A stretch of DNA of 63,812 nt, counting the filler, from Stramenopiles sp. TOSAG23-2 (lineage: Eukaryota): the NCBI GenBank assembly GCA_900128395.1. It is 3 parts of 3 records of this genome, joined end to end, with 100 filler letters (N's around TTAATTAATTAA, not from the genome) between each part and the next. Parts side by side here need not be neighbours in the genome. Positions count along the whole stretch, not along the records: positions 1 to 22,628 come from LT649507.1; positions 22,729 to 45,345 come from LT649508.1; 1 more part is not named here. One strand, 5' to 3'. Shown here in pieces: positions 12,001 through 23,594 of the stretch. The first letter of the stretch is position 1; each line of letters begins with the position of its first letter. The position numbers were made by a program, and so were the translations under genes. Below the pieces are notes generated by a model. The model saw only the letters and a program-made list of their open reading frames with translations, had not been told where the DNA came from and ran no database searches.

Positions 12001-13815
12001 ATGGCATCCCTTGTAAGCGCTGTTAGTGGTAGCAGTAACAGTAATAGTTATACCACCACCACTACTGCTGCTGCTGCTGCTACTACTACTGCTAGGAATA
12101 GAAACAACGATATGATGGAAAATGTTGTAAAAGAGCGTTGTGCTAATTTAATTTTAACAGGTAAAAGGGCTAATCAAGGAAATCATAAAATATGGCGTGG
12201 CTACGCAGAAGGGGCTGCTAGAGAGTTAAAGCTAAGCCACATTGTAAATCAAATTGACCGTGTGAAAAACAGTGCAGCTGATCAAAATGCGCCAATTGAT
12301 TTATTTAGCAGCGATGAGGAGGAGGAAGGGGGAAATAATAATAATCTTGGTGGGCTATTTTTTATGGACGGCGGAAGTAATAATAATATTGAAACAACTT
12401 CTTCGACGACAACTTTATCCCTATTGACGCTGGCTAAAGATATTGATGAATTACACAATATTGTGCGGCACGTGCTATGCGTCTATGCTCGTGATGTTGC
12501 GCAAGGATATAGCGTTGATGAAAATGGTTATAAAATGTTTGAAAAGACCGAGCATGCACCAGAATTAAGTGAACATGAAATAATTGTACAAAAAAGTGCC
12601 GTACGTGTTGTAGCCATATCGTTACTAGGTATAAATAAAGTAGGAAATTGGCCGATGAAATCAGCCCCAATAAATAATGATAATAATGCAGTTGACGATC
12701 AAGAAAATGGACATAGAAGACGTAGTAATAGTAGCACTACTCGTGCAATTTTACCTGAATTTACATGTAATGTTTGCAAAGAATTGATGTATGAACCAGT
12801 AACAACAAATTGCGGGCATAACTTTTGCCGCGATTGTTTAGTAATGTGGATGGAAAAGAGAAAAAAATATTCCTGTCCAACCTGTCGAAATAAAGTTGGG
12901 CACAACTGGAGAATGCCAATCAATACGGTCGTATGGAATGCAATGTTAACGATGTACCCTGAGCGTTTGAAGAAACGAAAACGAGATGTTGAACTTGAAA
13001 TAAGTGAAAGACCAGGGAAAAAAAAATACCGTAAAATTGATCCAGATGAAACAACGGAATGTCCAAATTGTGATAAGCAAATTAAAACTAAAAAATTAGG
13101 CTTACATCTAAAATTATGTACAGGTGCTGGTGGTGCAAATAGTCTAAGTCATGAAATTAACACAAATTCACCATCACGGGGTAGCAGAAGTGCAACGATG
13201 AAAAATAAGCGTAGCACGCGCTCTGGTAGAGTAATAAATAGTGGTAGTAGTTCCAATCGAAATGCAAAAAATCGTAAAAACAATAATAAAAGAAAAAAAG
13301 TAAAGAGAAAGAATAATAATAATAATAGTAACAATAACAATGGTTACCAACAACATAGAAATGATGCAGATGATAATAATAATACTAACGATCAAACCAG
13401 TAATACGCAATATATCATGGAAAGAAATTCATCTAACAAGGAACAAAATGATGTTAATAATAACAATAACAATAATAGTAATGGAAATTCATCGATCATG
13501 AATTATATAGTGGATTCTAATAATAAACAAATAGGTGTTATGGATTCATCCGCTACTTTCCACATGAAAGCTGGACTTGATCATCTTGCAATAATGGAAA
13601 TTAGACGTTTAAACTTATTGAAGAAATCCTTATCACATTTTCATCCTGGGGTTTTATCACATATGACAAGGCTTCACCAAGCAAAAATAGCACGGGGGGA
13701 AGTGGATGCCAATGATCCTTCACTGTTGCCCAGGTTAGAATTGCATGAGAATACAATAGAAGATGACAATGTTGAGACAACATCTTGGTCCATGAGTAAC
13801 TGTATATTGCAATGA
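12001..13815 (+). CDS. C3HC4 RING-finger protein with an additional C2HC zinc finger
   Basis: CNVC..EPVTTNCGHNFCRDC..CPTCR; CPNCDKQIKTKKLGLHLKLC; Asn-rich low-complexity regions. Confidence 0.85.
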   Translation: MASLVSAVSGSSNSNSYTTTTTAAAAATTTARNRNNDMMENVVKERCANLILTGKRANQGNHKIWRGYAEGAARELKLSHIVNQIDRVKNSAADQNAPIDLFSSDEEEEGGNNNNLGGLFFMDGGSNNNIETTSSTTTLSLLTLAKDIDELHNIVRHVLCVYARDVAQGYSVDENGYKMFEKTEHAPELSEHEIIVQKSAVRVVAISLLGINKVGNWPMKSAPINNDNNAVDDQENGHRRRSNSSTTRAILPEFTCNVCKELMYEPVTTNCGHNFCRDCLVMWMEKRKKYSCPTCRNKVGHNWRMPINTVVWNAMLTMYPERLKKRKRDVELEISERPGKKKYRKIDPDETTECPNCDKQIKTKKLGLHLKLCTGAGGANSLSHEINTNSPSRGSRSATMKNKRSTRSGRVINSGSSSNRNAKNRKNNNKRKKVKRKNNNNNSNNNNGYQQHRNDADDNNNTNDQTSNTQYIMERNSSNKEQNDVNNNNNNNSNGNSSIMNYIVDSNNKQIGVMDSSATFHMKAGLDHLAIMEIRRLNLLKKSLSHFHPGVLSHMTRLHQAKIARGEVDANDPSLLPRLELHENTIEDDNVETTSWSMSNCILQ

Positions 13816-14146
13816 AATATATGATATTCTTGTGTTACCCTGTGTATGATATTCCCGTGTGATTGTTTATACGTAAAAATTAAAATTTGCGTTAAATGAT
13901 ACGAACTCGTGTTCGTATGATACTTCGTACGTACGAAGAGAGGACCTCGTATTAAATTATACTGAAGTACGAGTACTAATATATATATATGTGTTTTTCT
14001 CTTATGATACTCATATGTTAATATAAAATTCTTTTACTCCCGTTTATTTTGAGTACTTATTTTGAGTACTAATATATATATATATATACGTGTGTGTATG
14101 ATATGTGTATAATATATTCGTATATATATTATATACATGTATGTAA

Positions 14147-14797
14147 CTACACTTTTAAAGACAACGTATGCATTACATCGACACACTCTTTTAATTCTGT
14201 AATTTGTTTATGTAATTTTTTTGCAGTAATTAATTTTTGACGAAATGCAATATGTTTTTCAATCAATTTTTTATTACCTTTGATACCTGCTTGAACAATT
14301 GATTCCAATCCTTCTAAATCTGTTGTGACTAAATTGAAATTTAATGCGCTTTTCTTTGTTGTATCGTTTAAATATTCTTTCAATTCCCACGCCATATGCT
14401 CTAAATTCTTACCAACCATATGAGCATGTTTTGTTAACTTCTTTATATGCGCTTCATTATTATTAGTAGTAGTTGTGATGGGTGAATTTATTGAATTCCT
14501 ATCTTTTATTATGGAATTTGTATTATTCGTACTATTGTTTTTCATGCCACTGTGAAAAGACAGGTCCATATTGTTGTTGAAATGTATTTCAAAACTATCT
14601 TTTCTTCGACTGTTTTCATTGCCTGAATATCCTATATTAAATTCAAACATATCATCATAAGTATTATTATTGTTATCTTTGTTATTTATATCGACGTTAT
14701 TATAATTATTATTATTATTATTATCATTACCACCAAACAATGGCACATCGTTTGAACTATCACCGCCGAACAGTGGCGTATCGTTTGCCGTGTCCAT
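14147..14797 (-). CDS. BORC subunit 6 (lyspersin)-like coiled-coil protein, 216 aa
   Basis: Low-complexity N-terminus plus ~100-aa C-terminal helical region (LESIVQAGIKGNKKLIEK..LHKQITELKECVDVM) resembling the BORCS6 C-terminus; first ATG at 14797. Confidence 0.55.
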   Translation of the reverse strand: MDTANDTPLFGGDSSNDVPLFGGNDNNNNNNYNNVDINNKDNNNNTYDDMFEFNIGYSGNENSRRKDSFEIHFNNNMDLSFHSGMKNNSTNNTNSIIKDRNSINSPITTTTNNNEAHIKKLTKHAHMVGKNLEHMAWELKEYLNDTTKKSALNFNLVTTDLEGLESIVQAGIKGNKKLIEKHIAFRQKLITAKKLHKQITELKECVDVMHTLSLKV

Positions 14798-15271
14798 GGT
14801 TTCTGTTTGCACTTATTATGATAATATTTGAATTATATATATATACCTTCGGCTCTATTTTAGTTTCTATTTCCTTGTTGTTGTTATCATCTATAAGTAT
14901 AGCCTGCTTATGTATGTATGGTGCTATGTTCAAAAATATATAATAATAAATTTAGATAAATAAATAATAATTTAATTAATAATTAATAATAATAAGTGGT
15001 GCTACTATTATTATTAATAGAAGAATTATGATGTATTAATATAAATAGCGTCGTGTGTTCCGACTAATTATGATGGTTCGTTGATGGCCTATAAAAATTT
15101 TATCACTTATTGAATAATAAATACTGGAATACGAAGCGTAGTATTTTTTAATACTTGTAGTATTTACGAATAATATTATACAATGTTTTCTACTGTATGA
15201 GTATTAGGTCAAGTATATTATTTTAAAAATATTTTGATTAAAACAAATTTACACACACTCCTACACTTTTC

Positions 15272-18200
15272 TTATAGAACAAACGAAATTTTATGAGCGC
15301 AATGAAAACATCTGGTACCACCATCATTTCTAGTTCCACAGTTACTGCATAGTATCCAATTATGTGGACCAATCATTTGCAATAAATCTAATGCAATGTT
15401 GCTATTTCCAGTGCTCAACATGTGCCATGGCTTCACTTCTTCACCTTCATCTAATACTTTCATCCCAGGTTGTTTAGGCAAAGTTACCTCTGCTAAATGA
15501 ATTAATGTATCTAAACCAGTTCTTAATACGCGTCTACAATTTTTCTCATGTTCAATGATAGTTATAGCTAGGATTCCAAGCGCTGCTTCTTGTATTTCTT
15601 GTGCTTTTGGAGATTGCTTTTGATTTGGTTTCGAAGTTGTTTTCACCGTAGTTAACAATGTTTCTATTAGACCGTCAGAGGATGCAAGATTCTTAGCCAT
15701 ATTGTTGTTGACTATTATAGTACGCAAAGCCCACATAGATTTTAAACGCGTTACATCCGATGTAGAATCACGATTTATCAATTTATGCAAGGCTTGAAGG
15801 CCACCAGCATGCAAAACGTCATCTTGTTCTTTTTTGCCACCCTTCCATACCATTTCATTTAAGGTATCCGCTGCCATTCCATTGACAAGATCATTGTCTC
15901 CCTTTAATAAGTCTATAGTACCACCTACTCCAAACTTATCTTTCGCCATTTGCATTTGCTCTTGGTCAGCCAAATCAGCTAACGTTTCTAAGCAATCGCT
16001 CGCTAGATCTCGTGCTTGATGGCTTTCGCTGCCCATCATGCCAGTCAACGCTTCCACACCGCCATCATCTAATATTTTGCGCTTGTTTGGATCAAATAAA
16101 GCAAGGTTTCCTAATGCAAATGCGGCGTAACGTTGACATTGAGGTTCCGAAGAACCACATAATTGCACCAAGGATAATATGGCACCTCGTTCACCAGCCA
16201 GTTTTGCAACATTATCATTGTATGCAGCAGAACCCAATGCTCGTGCAGCATGTTGTTGAACAGTAGTAGATGCATCATGTAACAATTCAATTAGGAGATC
16301 TAAACCATCCTCATTTTCAAATGCCACTCTCCTGCGGTTACTCTCATTGTAGAATAAGGCATTCGCTACACATATCATAGCATTACTCCGCACGTCGACA
16401 CTTTTCGAGGTCAATAATTGCAACAATTTCGGCATATGAAAACCGATACGTTCTTGATTAGAAGCAGCCCATGCAAGATTGCCCAGTGCCCATGCGGCAT
16501 TAGTTTTAGTGACATCGTCATCCCTAGATGCCAAAATAAACAAAGCATCAATGCCACCTTTAGAGCCGATTTCAATTCTGTTACGATCGTTCTGTGCAAT
16601 ATTGCCTAGAATCAAAGCCGCGCTTCTTTGAACTGATAAATTACGAGATGTACAAAGTAAAACAAGAGGCTTAATGCCAGCTTGTCTAATTCGCTCAGCA
16701 TTTTCATGCGAGTCATTACGCGTACAATTAACCAATGCCTCAGCTGCGTTCGCTTGTACCCGAATTCCATCATGATCGGAACCAACGGATGTTTTTGGTG
16801 AGTTCATCACGCGTACCATAGTTTCAATACCACCACAAATGCCGATACGCAAAGCATTGCTCTCATGACTACGCGCAAGATTTCCCAACGCAGCAGCTGC
16901 ATTTTCAAGAACATCAATATCAGTTGAATCTTCTACACATAAACTTACAAGTGCTTCCACCGCACCGACATCTCCGAATTGATTTTGATGACTTCTATTT
17001 TCAAATGCTAAATTGCCAATTGCAGCAGCGGCATTTCGTTGTACTTCAGCAGTCCTTTCGAAATCAAGACATTCAATTAATGATGGCCAGACTTGTTGGA
17101 CTTGCTCAAATTTTGCTCTATTTTTTACCTCCAATGCTAAAACCGCTATAGCATCAGTTGCATATCGTTGCAACACTGGGTCCTCCTCATTACATAACAC
17201 CACCAACGATTCTAGAGCACCATATGTTTGTCCAATTGCATGTTGATTTTCATTGTGCGGTCCAGTGTTTATTATGATTTCTTTCTCTGTTTTGACGATT
17301 GTGCCACTACCATCTGGTGCTTCATGGCGATAGCTAGGGGTAGCATTTCCCTGTATAGTCATACCGCTACGTAACACCTCCGCATCACGTGCTGCCCGCG
17401 TTTTTGCGGACATGCTGGCAACGTAAGCGGCTTTTAATAGCCGAACCGTACGATTTGCTATAGAATAAGCCTCTGATTTATTTGCTCTAAAAGCTTGAAC
17501 GGCTAGCTTTTCTTGTTTAATAATATTGACACGATTTTCGTATCCAAGATCAAATCTCCATTTCTCTTCACTTGATACTTTTCCCATCCACTTTTCCCAA
17601 CCGTCCCTCGATCTTCGACTAATTACGCGATGATCAACATGTCCATTCCAAGCTATTTGTGCAATCGCACGGGCAGCAAGAGGTTTTAAATCATTACGAC
17701 GACAATCACGATGTATCATGGCTGCTAAAACACCGATTCCACCGTTTTTAGCAATAGCGTCATTGTGTTTCTGTGAAATACCGGCAAGGCCACTTATAGT
17801 TTCAACGAAAAATGAAAAGGCAAAATCAACATTCATTCTAATTTGTCTACCAGTTTCATCACGTTGCCAAATTTGCCAACGTAATTTGCGCTCAATCGCA
17901 GCATGTTCAATTTTTGCTACCTCCATCTGTTTTAGAACTCTTAACTTTTCCGTTTCCTTCAATGCAATTTCTCGTTTCAAGGATTCTATCCATTGTAATC
18001 GTCTTTCCGATTGTGCAATATGAAATTCCAATTGTTTTGTTAATCCATCACGCTCTCTCTCCCATGCTTCATGCTGCTTTCGCCTTAATTCCGCAAGTCT
18101 TGCAGCTTCAGCACGCATTCTACCTATCTGAACTTGCAATGCCTCTACCCATTTCCTTCGTCTATCGGCAATTTTTTCTAAATGATCCATTCGCGCTTTC

Positions 18201-21200
18201 ATTTCACTTATTTGCTTCGCGTGCGCTTCTGCCATTCTCATAATTTCCGCATCTTTTTCTTTTCTTAATGTCTCCATTGCATCTTTTGTAGCCATCACAG
18301 CATCTTTTAAGAATCTAATAGATAACCCACTTGATTTATGCAAAGCAGCAATTTCTTTCTCAAACATGGCTTTCGTTGCTTCAATTTGTAATTTGGCATG
18401 GTACAATCGGTTTTCTATGTCTTTAATTTTGCTGTCAGCTTCTTTCTTTTCCTTTGTTGCAGTTTTTTGAACTTCATCCAGTGTTGTTTTTGTCAATGCC
18501 AATTGACCTTCAATTTGCTGTACTTCGTTATCTGCTAACCATTGTCCCGCATAACCATCTAACGTATCAAGTGCTTCTTGAAGCAATCCAATTTCACGCT
18601 TCCGTTTTCCTGTTCTCATGGCTGCTATTTTTTCGTTTTGTCCCTTCGTTTTGTAAAATCTATTATGCTTATCACCTTTCTTTTGCTTTATTTTTTTCGC
18701 TGTTATACTAGTGTTATCTAATAAAGGTACATTAATCGAACTGATGAAAATTTCATTCAATAATTCAGCTGCAACACTTACGGATGCAGGTAAATCACCA
18801 CAGGCATCTTCATACCTTTTGAAAACATTAACTTTTTTCTTTTTCAATGCTGCATTCTTCGGACCTGTTGAAGGTTTTGTTTCTGTTGCCATGCTAGATT
18901 TAATAGCAGCGCTATGCATCTTATGCAATAAGCTTAATTCAACAATATGATCTTTCATTATGGAAAGAACTTCGGGCATACGTTCGTCACCAATTGCTAA
19001 AACGACCTGATAACGCGAACATTGTTGGCGTATTACTTCTCGCCGTTCCTCAGCAAGCCTTCTTCTTGTATCCATTTCACTAACAAATCGACGACGGACG
19101 TACCGTAAAACGCGATCAGATTCTTTACACGTTTTTTCTAAATTTTGCTCCATGGCAGCTTCTTCCAGTGGATTTCCCGCCATATCTAATTTTTTCCGAG
19201 CTTTTAAAACTTTATTCTCTGCATTTTTGGCAAGCAACACAAGCTCTTCTTTCGTTTGCTTACTTCGCCCAACAGCTTTTGCTATCCATTCAATCAAATT
19301 CTTCTCAATTTGTTGCATACGAGTAAACTGAGTTCTACGATTTTTCAATGCATCAATTTCATTTGAATAAAATTTTAATTTGTCAACTATGACACCTTTA
19401 GCCTCAATAGCATTCAATTTCATTTCTTTCAATATTTCCAACTTATGCTGTTCTAAATCCACAATACTTCGACGATATTGTAATTCTGCTCTACGATGAT
19501 CTTGTTGTCGGGTAAAACGTTCCTTAGCAGTCAATGTTTGAAATCCAGGTCCAAGTTTTTCGCGATTAATTTTGTATTCTCCATCAAACTTTTCTGTTAA
19601 TTTTTTTAATACTTCATTAGTTTCTGTATCGGTGACCATTTCAAAATGTATAGCCTCTCTTGGTATTTGATCATATACTGGATCACATTCATGCACTTCC
19701 CAATGTTTTATTGCCACTTTTAATGGTTTTGTGAAATCCGATGCTTCATATTCTTCTTGTTTTTCTCTCTGAATTTCTTCTCCTTCATCATTTGTTTCCT
19801 TGTATTTCACCGTGCGATATTTTTTTGTCGTAAAAGAAGCAATTCTATCGTAAATTAAAAAATTAGCTTCGCGTTTAATAGAATCTTCTCGTGATAACTC
19901 TTCTGTGTAATGCTCCTCATATTCTTCATCCTTTTCTACTTCTACTTCTACTTGCGTGGCATTACCTTCGTCATCTACACGATCTTGCATTTCTTTAACC
20001 ATCACTTTTCTAGTTTTTATTCTAATTTTATGAACAATGTTATTTGGGGTAAAGTCAAGCGGTAATGGAATAATACCTGTACAACAAGGAACCCAAGAAT
20101 CTTCTCTTTTTGCTTTATTTGTCTCAAGTTTTAATAGATCTTTTTCGTTCATTATTGATTGTTCTTCATGTATTATTTCCATCAAATTCGAGCAATTGTT
20201 TTCTTTACTTTTTTTAACCAAGTTTCGGTCATGCATGTCTGCATCTACCATACCTATCCTATTGTCTTCTATTGCTATATGGTCATCTAGCATAAATCGC
20301 CGTTTTAGTAAAATGTGCCTTTCCTGTTCATGCATCATATCAATAGCTTCTACCAGCTCCGATTCTTGACGGAGTAAACGGATGCTCTCATTCCGCCCTC
20401 TGGTGTCAGCTTGTCCTTGCTCAGTTTCATCGCCTAGAAAATCTGCATCTGGTTCATCTTCTTCTGCAAGTTTTATAGCTTCCCCAACTAGAGAATAAAT
20501 TGATCTTTCAGTAACATTGCCATCACCAGCCGCTTCATCTTCTTCCTCTAATGTTGGCGCCTTTGAATATAGTAATGCCAACTGCCGTGCACGTGGTTTC
20601 GTGATAGTTCCATTTCGAAGCATACTACGCAATGCACGGGAGAAAATTTTTGGAACTCCTACAAGTGCCCGTGATTTTTCTGATTTCCATGGATTGCGTA
20701 TTTTATCAAGTTTCAATTGTCGTGCTTTTTCTCTTTCTTTATTAAATGCGATTGTAGATGGTGCAACATCACATGCCAGGTCACCAATTTCTTTCACAAG
20801 GTCTCTAATTAATCCTTGAAATTCTACTCGTTCTATTATGACATTCATTAAATTACTCATTTCCACTTTTTGAACTGTAATGCTTTGTTTACAGACTTTG
20901 GATTCAAAATGATCTAAAAACTCCCCAAACCATTGTTGGACTTCTGGATTGACTGGATTTATTAATTTTTGTATTTTTGGATCAGCATGAGACTCAGTTT
21001 CTTTCAAATTATTTTCACTTGCACTATTACTTTCCTTTTTGTTAGGTTTTTCACCACCAACGGCAACTATTTTGGACTTCGGCTTTTTGGAAGATTTTTG
21101 TATTTTTGCAGTTTTGGAATCGGAGGAAGCATTTTGTTTTTTAATGACGTGTTTATCAATATATGCCTGCCTACGTTTCTTTCTTTCAGCAGCATCAAAT

Positions 21201-22627
21201 TCATCATTTCTTGCCGTATCATCATCACTATCCCATGGCTCAGCACCATAATCACGCGTTGCAATCGCGGCTAGCATTGTCGCCGGTCGATGTTGCGCAA
21301 GTGCAGGGGGTAATTGTAATCGAAGCCGTACAGCAGCTGCGATCGCTTGGGAACTTGTTTCTGATTTGATACTGGAAGCGTCACTTCTTGCCGATAATTT
21401 AAATTCAGGTAAATCGTAATTATTTACGGTTTCTTCTTCTTTTTCCTCAGCAATTTCCTCCTCTTCATCCATAAGATTATCCTCAGAATCTCCATCGTCA
21501 GAATCGTATACCTCTTTTACTCTCTTTGTCTTCTTATTATTATGTTTTTGCTCTTCTTGTTCCTCTTCCTCATCTCTTGGTGGCTGATATAAACGTGGTG
21601 TATCGTACAATACATACCTCCTTCTACGTGGAGTCATTGATACAGCTTTGAATCTAGGCCTTTCTTCAGGGTCTAATACCCGTAATGATGGCATCAAAGC
21701 TTCTTCCCTATACATGGTGAGTTCTTTTTGCATTTCACGCCTGGCAACGTGCGCTTCTTCATCGTCACTATCAGTATCACTTTCTTCACCCTCTGGCACT
21801 AATAAGCCTTTCTTTTTCGTTCTTTCTAATAATCGTTTTCGGTCTTGTTCAACACGTATGACGTCCGTAAATGGTTTTAAAATTGTTGGTAATAAGTATC
21901 CATCTTCTGCCGGTGGCCATAATATAGATAACGATTCGAGATCATCCTGATGAGTCTCTCTAGCTTTTCGAAGCTTTGTTCGCAAGACGTCAAACTCTTT
22001 TTGTTTTACCTCATCAAATAAAAATAATTTCATTTCTAACTCCGCTTGGTACAAACCACTTGTATTTCTTTGACGAACTTGACGACGTAATTCTCGTTCT
22101 AATGCCATTTGGCGTATTTGTGAAAATTGTGTTTGACGTTGATGCTCTTTTCTAGCTTCCTCCGCTTCTATTGTGACACGTTTTACTCGAATATCTGCGG
22201 CCTGAATAGCTGATATGCGACGAGTTTCTTCCTCTTGAAAAGCCATTTTAAAATTTTCTGCTTTTTCATTTAATCGAGTTAAAACCCCTTCTAATCTATC
22301 TACTTCATATGCCCATTGGATATCTACCAATGTTTTTGCTTCTTGAATAGCTAGATGAGCCGCACGTTCGTCCTTTAATTCTACTTTCAACCTATTTATC
22401 AATTCCTGTTTTTCTTGCGTCTGTACACCACCTTTTCTACTCTTTGCTGTCATCCTATCCATCTTATCTTGCATAACAGCCATTTTTTCATCCAAAGCAA
22501 TTTCCCGTGGATTTTTCCATGTCTTATCTTCATTTGCCGTCTCACCTGTTATCGGATTTTCCCATATCCAACCATTGCTACCACGTTTTTTTTCCCATGT
22601 TGCCAGTTTAGACTCATAATCTGTATA
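15272..22627 (-). CDS. Giant coiled-coil + armadillo-repeat protein with C-terminal zinc ribbon (5'-truncated at linker)
   Basis: Many ARM repeats (e.g. VQRNAAAAIGNLA, VLENAAAALGNLA, CQRYAAFALGNLA); terminal WILCSNCGTRNDGGTRCFHC; frame stays open up to the gap. Confidence 0.9.
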   Translation of the reverse strand, partial: YTDYESKLATWEKKRGSNGWIWENPITGETANEDKTWKNPREIALDEKMAVMQDKMDRMTAKSRKGGVQTQEKQELINRLKVELKDERAAHLAIQEAKTLVDIQWAYEVDRLEGVLTRLNEKAENFKMAFQEEETRRISAIQAADIRVKRVTIEAEEARKEHQRQTQFSQIRQMALERELRRQVRQRNTSGLYQAELEMKLFLFDEVKQKEFDVLRTKLRKARETHQDDLESLSILWPPAEDGYLLPTILKPFTDVIRVEQDRKRLLERTKKKGLLVPEGEESDTDSDDEEAHVARREMQKELTMYREEALMPSLRVLDPEERPRFKAVSMTPRRRRYVLYDTPRLYQPPRDEEEEQEEQKHNNKKTKRVKEVYDSDDGDSEDNLMDEEEEIAEEKEEETVNNYDLPEFKLSARSDASSIKSETSSQAIAAAVRLRLQLPPALAQHRPATMLAAIATRDYGAEPWDSDDDTARNDEFDAAERKKRRQAYIDKHVIKKQNASSDSKTAKIQKSSKKPKSKIVAVGGEKPNKKESNSASENNLKETESHADPKIQKLINPVNPEVQQWFGEFLDHFESKVCKQSITVQKVEMSNLMNVIIERVEFQGLIRDLVKEIGDLACDVAPSTIAFNKEREKARQLKLDKIRNPWKSEKSRALVGVPKIFSRALRSMLRNGTITKPRARQLALLYSKAPTLEEEDEAAGDGNVTERSIYSLVGEAIKLAEEDEPDADFLGDETEQGQADTRGRNESIRLLRQESELVEAIDMMHEQERHILLKRRFMLDDHIAIEDNRIGMVDADMHDRNLVKKSKENNCSNLMEIIHEEQSIMNEKDLLKLETNKAKREDSWVPCCTGIIPLPLDFTPNNIVHKIRIKTRKVMVKEMQDRVDDEGNATQVEVEVEKDEEYEEHYTEELSREDSIKREANFLIYDRIASFTTKKYRTVKYKETNDEGEEIQREKQEEYEASDFTKPLKVAIKHWEVHECDPVYDQIPREAIHFEMVTDTETNEVLKKLTEKFDGEYKINREKLGPGFQTLTAKERFTRQQDHRRAELQYRRSIVDLEQHKLEILKEMKLNAIEAKGVIVDKLKFYSNEIDALKNRRTQFTRMQQIEKNLIEWIAKAVGRSKQTKEELVLLAKNAENKVLKARKKLDMAGNPLEEAAMEQNLEKTCKESDRVLRYVRRRFVSEMDTRRRLAEERREVIRQQCSRYQVVLAIGDERMPEVLSIMKDHIVELSLLHKMHSAAIKSSMATETKPSTGPKNAALKKKKVNVFKRYEDACGDLPASVSVAAELLNEIFISSINVPLLDNTSITAKKIKQKKGDKHNRFYKTKGQNEKIAAMRTGKRKREIGLLQEALDTLDGYAGQWLADNEVQQIEGQLALTKTTLDEVQKTATKEKKEADSKIKDIENRLYHAKLQIEATKAMFEKEIAALHKSSGLSIRFLKDAVMATKDAMETLRKEKDAEIMRMAEAHAKQISEMKARMDHLEKIADRRRKWVEALQVQIGRMRAEAARLAELRRKQHEAWERERDGLTKQLEFHIAQSERRLQWIESLKREIALKETEKLRVLKQMEVAKIEHAAIERKLRWQIWQRDETGRQIRMNVDFAFSFFVETISGLAGISQKHNDAIAKNGGIGVLAAMIHRDCRRNDLKPLAARAIAQIAWNGHVDHRVISRRSRDGWEKWMGKVSSEEKWRFDLGYENRVNIIKQEKLAVQAFRANKSEAYSIANRTVRLLKAAYVASMSAKTRAARDAEVLRSGMTIQGNATPSYRHEAPDGSGTIVKTEKEIIINTGPHNENQHAIGQTYGALESLVVLCNEEDPVLQRYATDAIAVLALEVKNRAKFEQVQQVWPSLIECLDFERTAEVQRNAAAAIGNLAFENRSHQNQFGDVGAVEALVSLCVEDSTDIDVLENAAAALGNLARSHESNALRIGICGGIETMVRVMNSPKTSVGSDHDGIRVQANAAEALVNCTRNDSHENAERIRQAGIKPLVLLCTSRNLSVQRSAALILGNIAQNDRNRIEIGSKGGIDALFILASRDDDVTKTNAAWALGNLAWAASNQERIGFHMPKLLQLLTSKSVDVRSNAMICVANALFYNESNRRRVAFENEDGLDLLIELLHDASTTVQQHAARALGSAAYNDNVAKLAGERGAILSLVQLCGSSEPQCQRYAAFALGNLALFDPNKRKILDDGGVEALTGMMGSESHQARDLASDCLETLADLADQEQMQMAKDKFGVGGTIDLLKGDNDLVNGMAADTLNEMVWKGGKKEQDDVLHAGGLQALHKLINRDSTSDVTRLKSMWALRTIIVNNNMAKNLASSDGLIETLLTTVKTTSKPNQKQSPKAQEIQEAALGILAITIIEHEKNCRRVLRTGLDTLIHLAEVTLPKQPGMKVLDEGEEVKPWHMLSTGNSNIALDLLQMIGPHNWILCSNCGTRNDGGTRCFHCAHKISFVL

Positions 22628-22628
22628 C

Positions 22629-22728
22629 NNNNNNNNNNNNNNNNNNNNNNNNNNNNNNNNNNNNNNNNNNNNTTAATTAATTAANNNNNNNNNNNNNNNN
22701 NNNNNNNNNNNNNNNNNNNNNNNNNNNN
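22629..22728. other. Artificial contig-joining linker
   Basis: 44 N + TTAATTAATTAA (stops in all six frames) + 44 N; identical to the linker at 45346-45445. Confidence 0.97.
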
Positions 22729-23594
22729 TACTAGTATTATTATTTGATCCAACCGATACGAAATTTGCTGTGACATTAAGACCAATGGAAGTTCGTACAT
22801 TTTATTGCACTTTTGAATAAATAAAAATAGTAGGAAGGGGAGGGGTACTGATGTGAAGAAATTGAAGAATATCAATGTTATATTAAATTACATGCAAAAA
22901 AAAGTGTTTTATTTACATGCGTGTTAAATTTTACTTTTGTGTGAGTGACTGTTTTTACGTGTGTTGTTTATAATACCAGGTTTAGGTTGCTGGAAATCTC
23001 AGCTGGGAAGACTCTGTGCTTGCTGGGCTTTTGCCAGAGTAGAGCTGTAAGGTTTAGGTATGTCACGTAAAGACGAGTTTCGGGAATCTCAAATAGTAAC
23101 TATTATTAAAACTTTTATAAGTATATATTTTCGTATTTTCATCAAATTTTGTATGTTTTATTTGACCTTAACCTTTCTGTGTTGTTGTGTATAGTTGGGT
23201 GGCAATTATTTTGAGGGAAATATTGAACGTTTGCACAAAATCAATCACTGGGAAATTAACGACGGCATATCAATGCTATTTATATGCTAATTGATTTTGA
23301 CATTTTCCACAGTTATTATTATTAAAAAAAATAACCACACATAGCACCATATATATTATGTACACCAGTACATACGAAATATAATAATTTATATCTATCT
23401 CTATACTATCCAAATATAAATATATAGTATCTATATAGATATCCACAGAGATATAAAGAACAATTTAAAATATCAATTTAGATCTATTGTTATTAAATAA
23501 AGATATATATCATTTATTATTGATAAAGATAATCTGTTACTACTTATTTTTTTACAGGTAAAGAAACAGAAATACGTAATATAATAAAAGAAAA

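Noticed and set aside
22629-22728. TTAATTAATTAA palindrome inside N runs (also 45346-45445)
   Set aside because: Synthetic six-frame-stop linker; gene neighbourhoods across it are not biological
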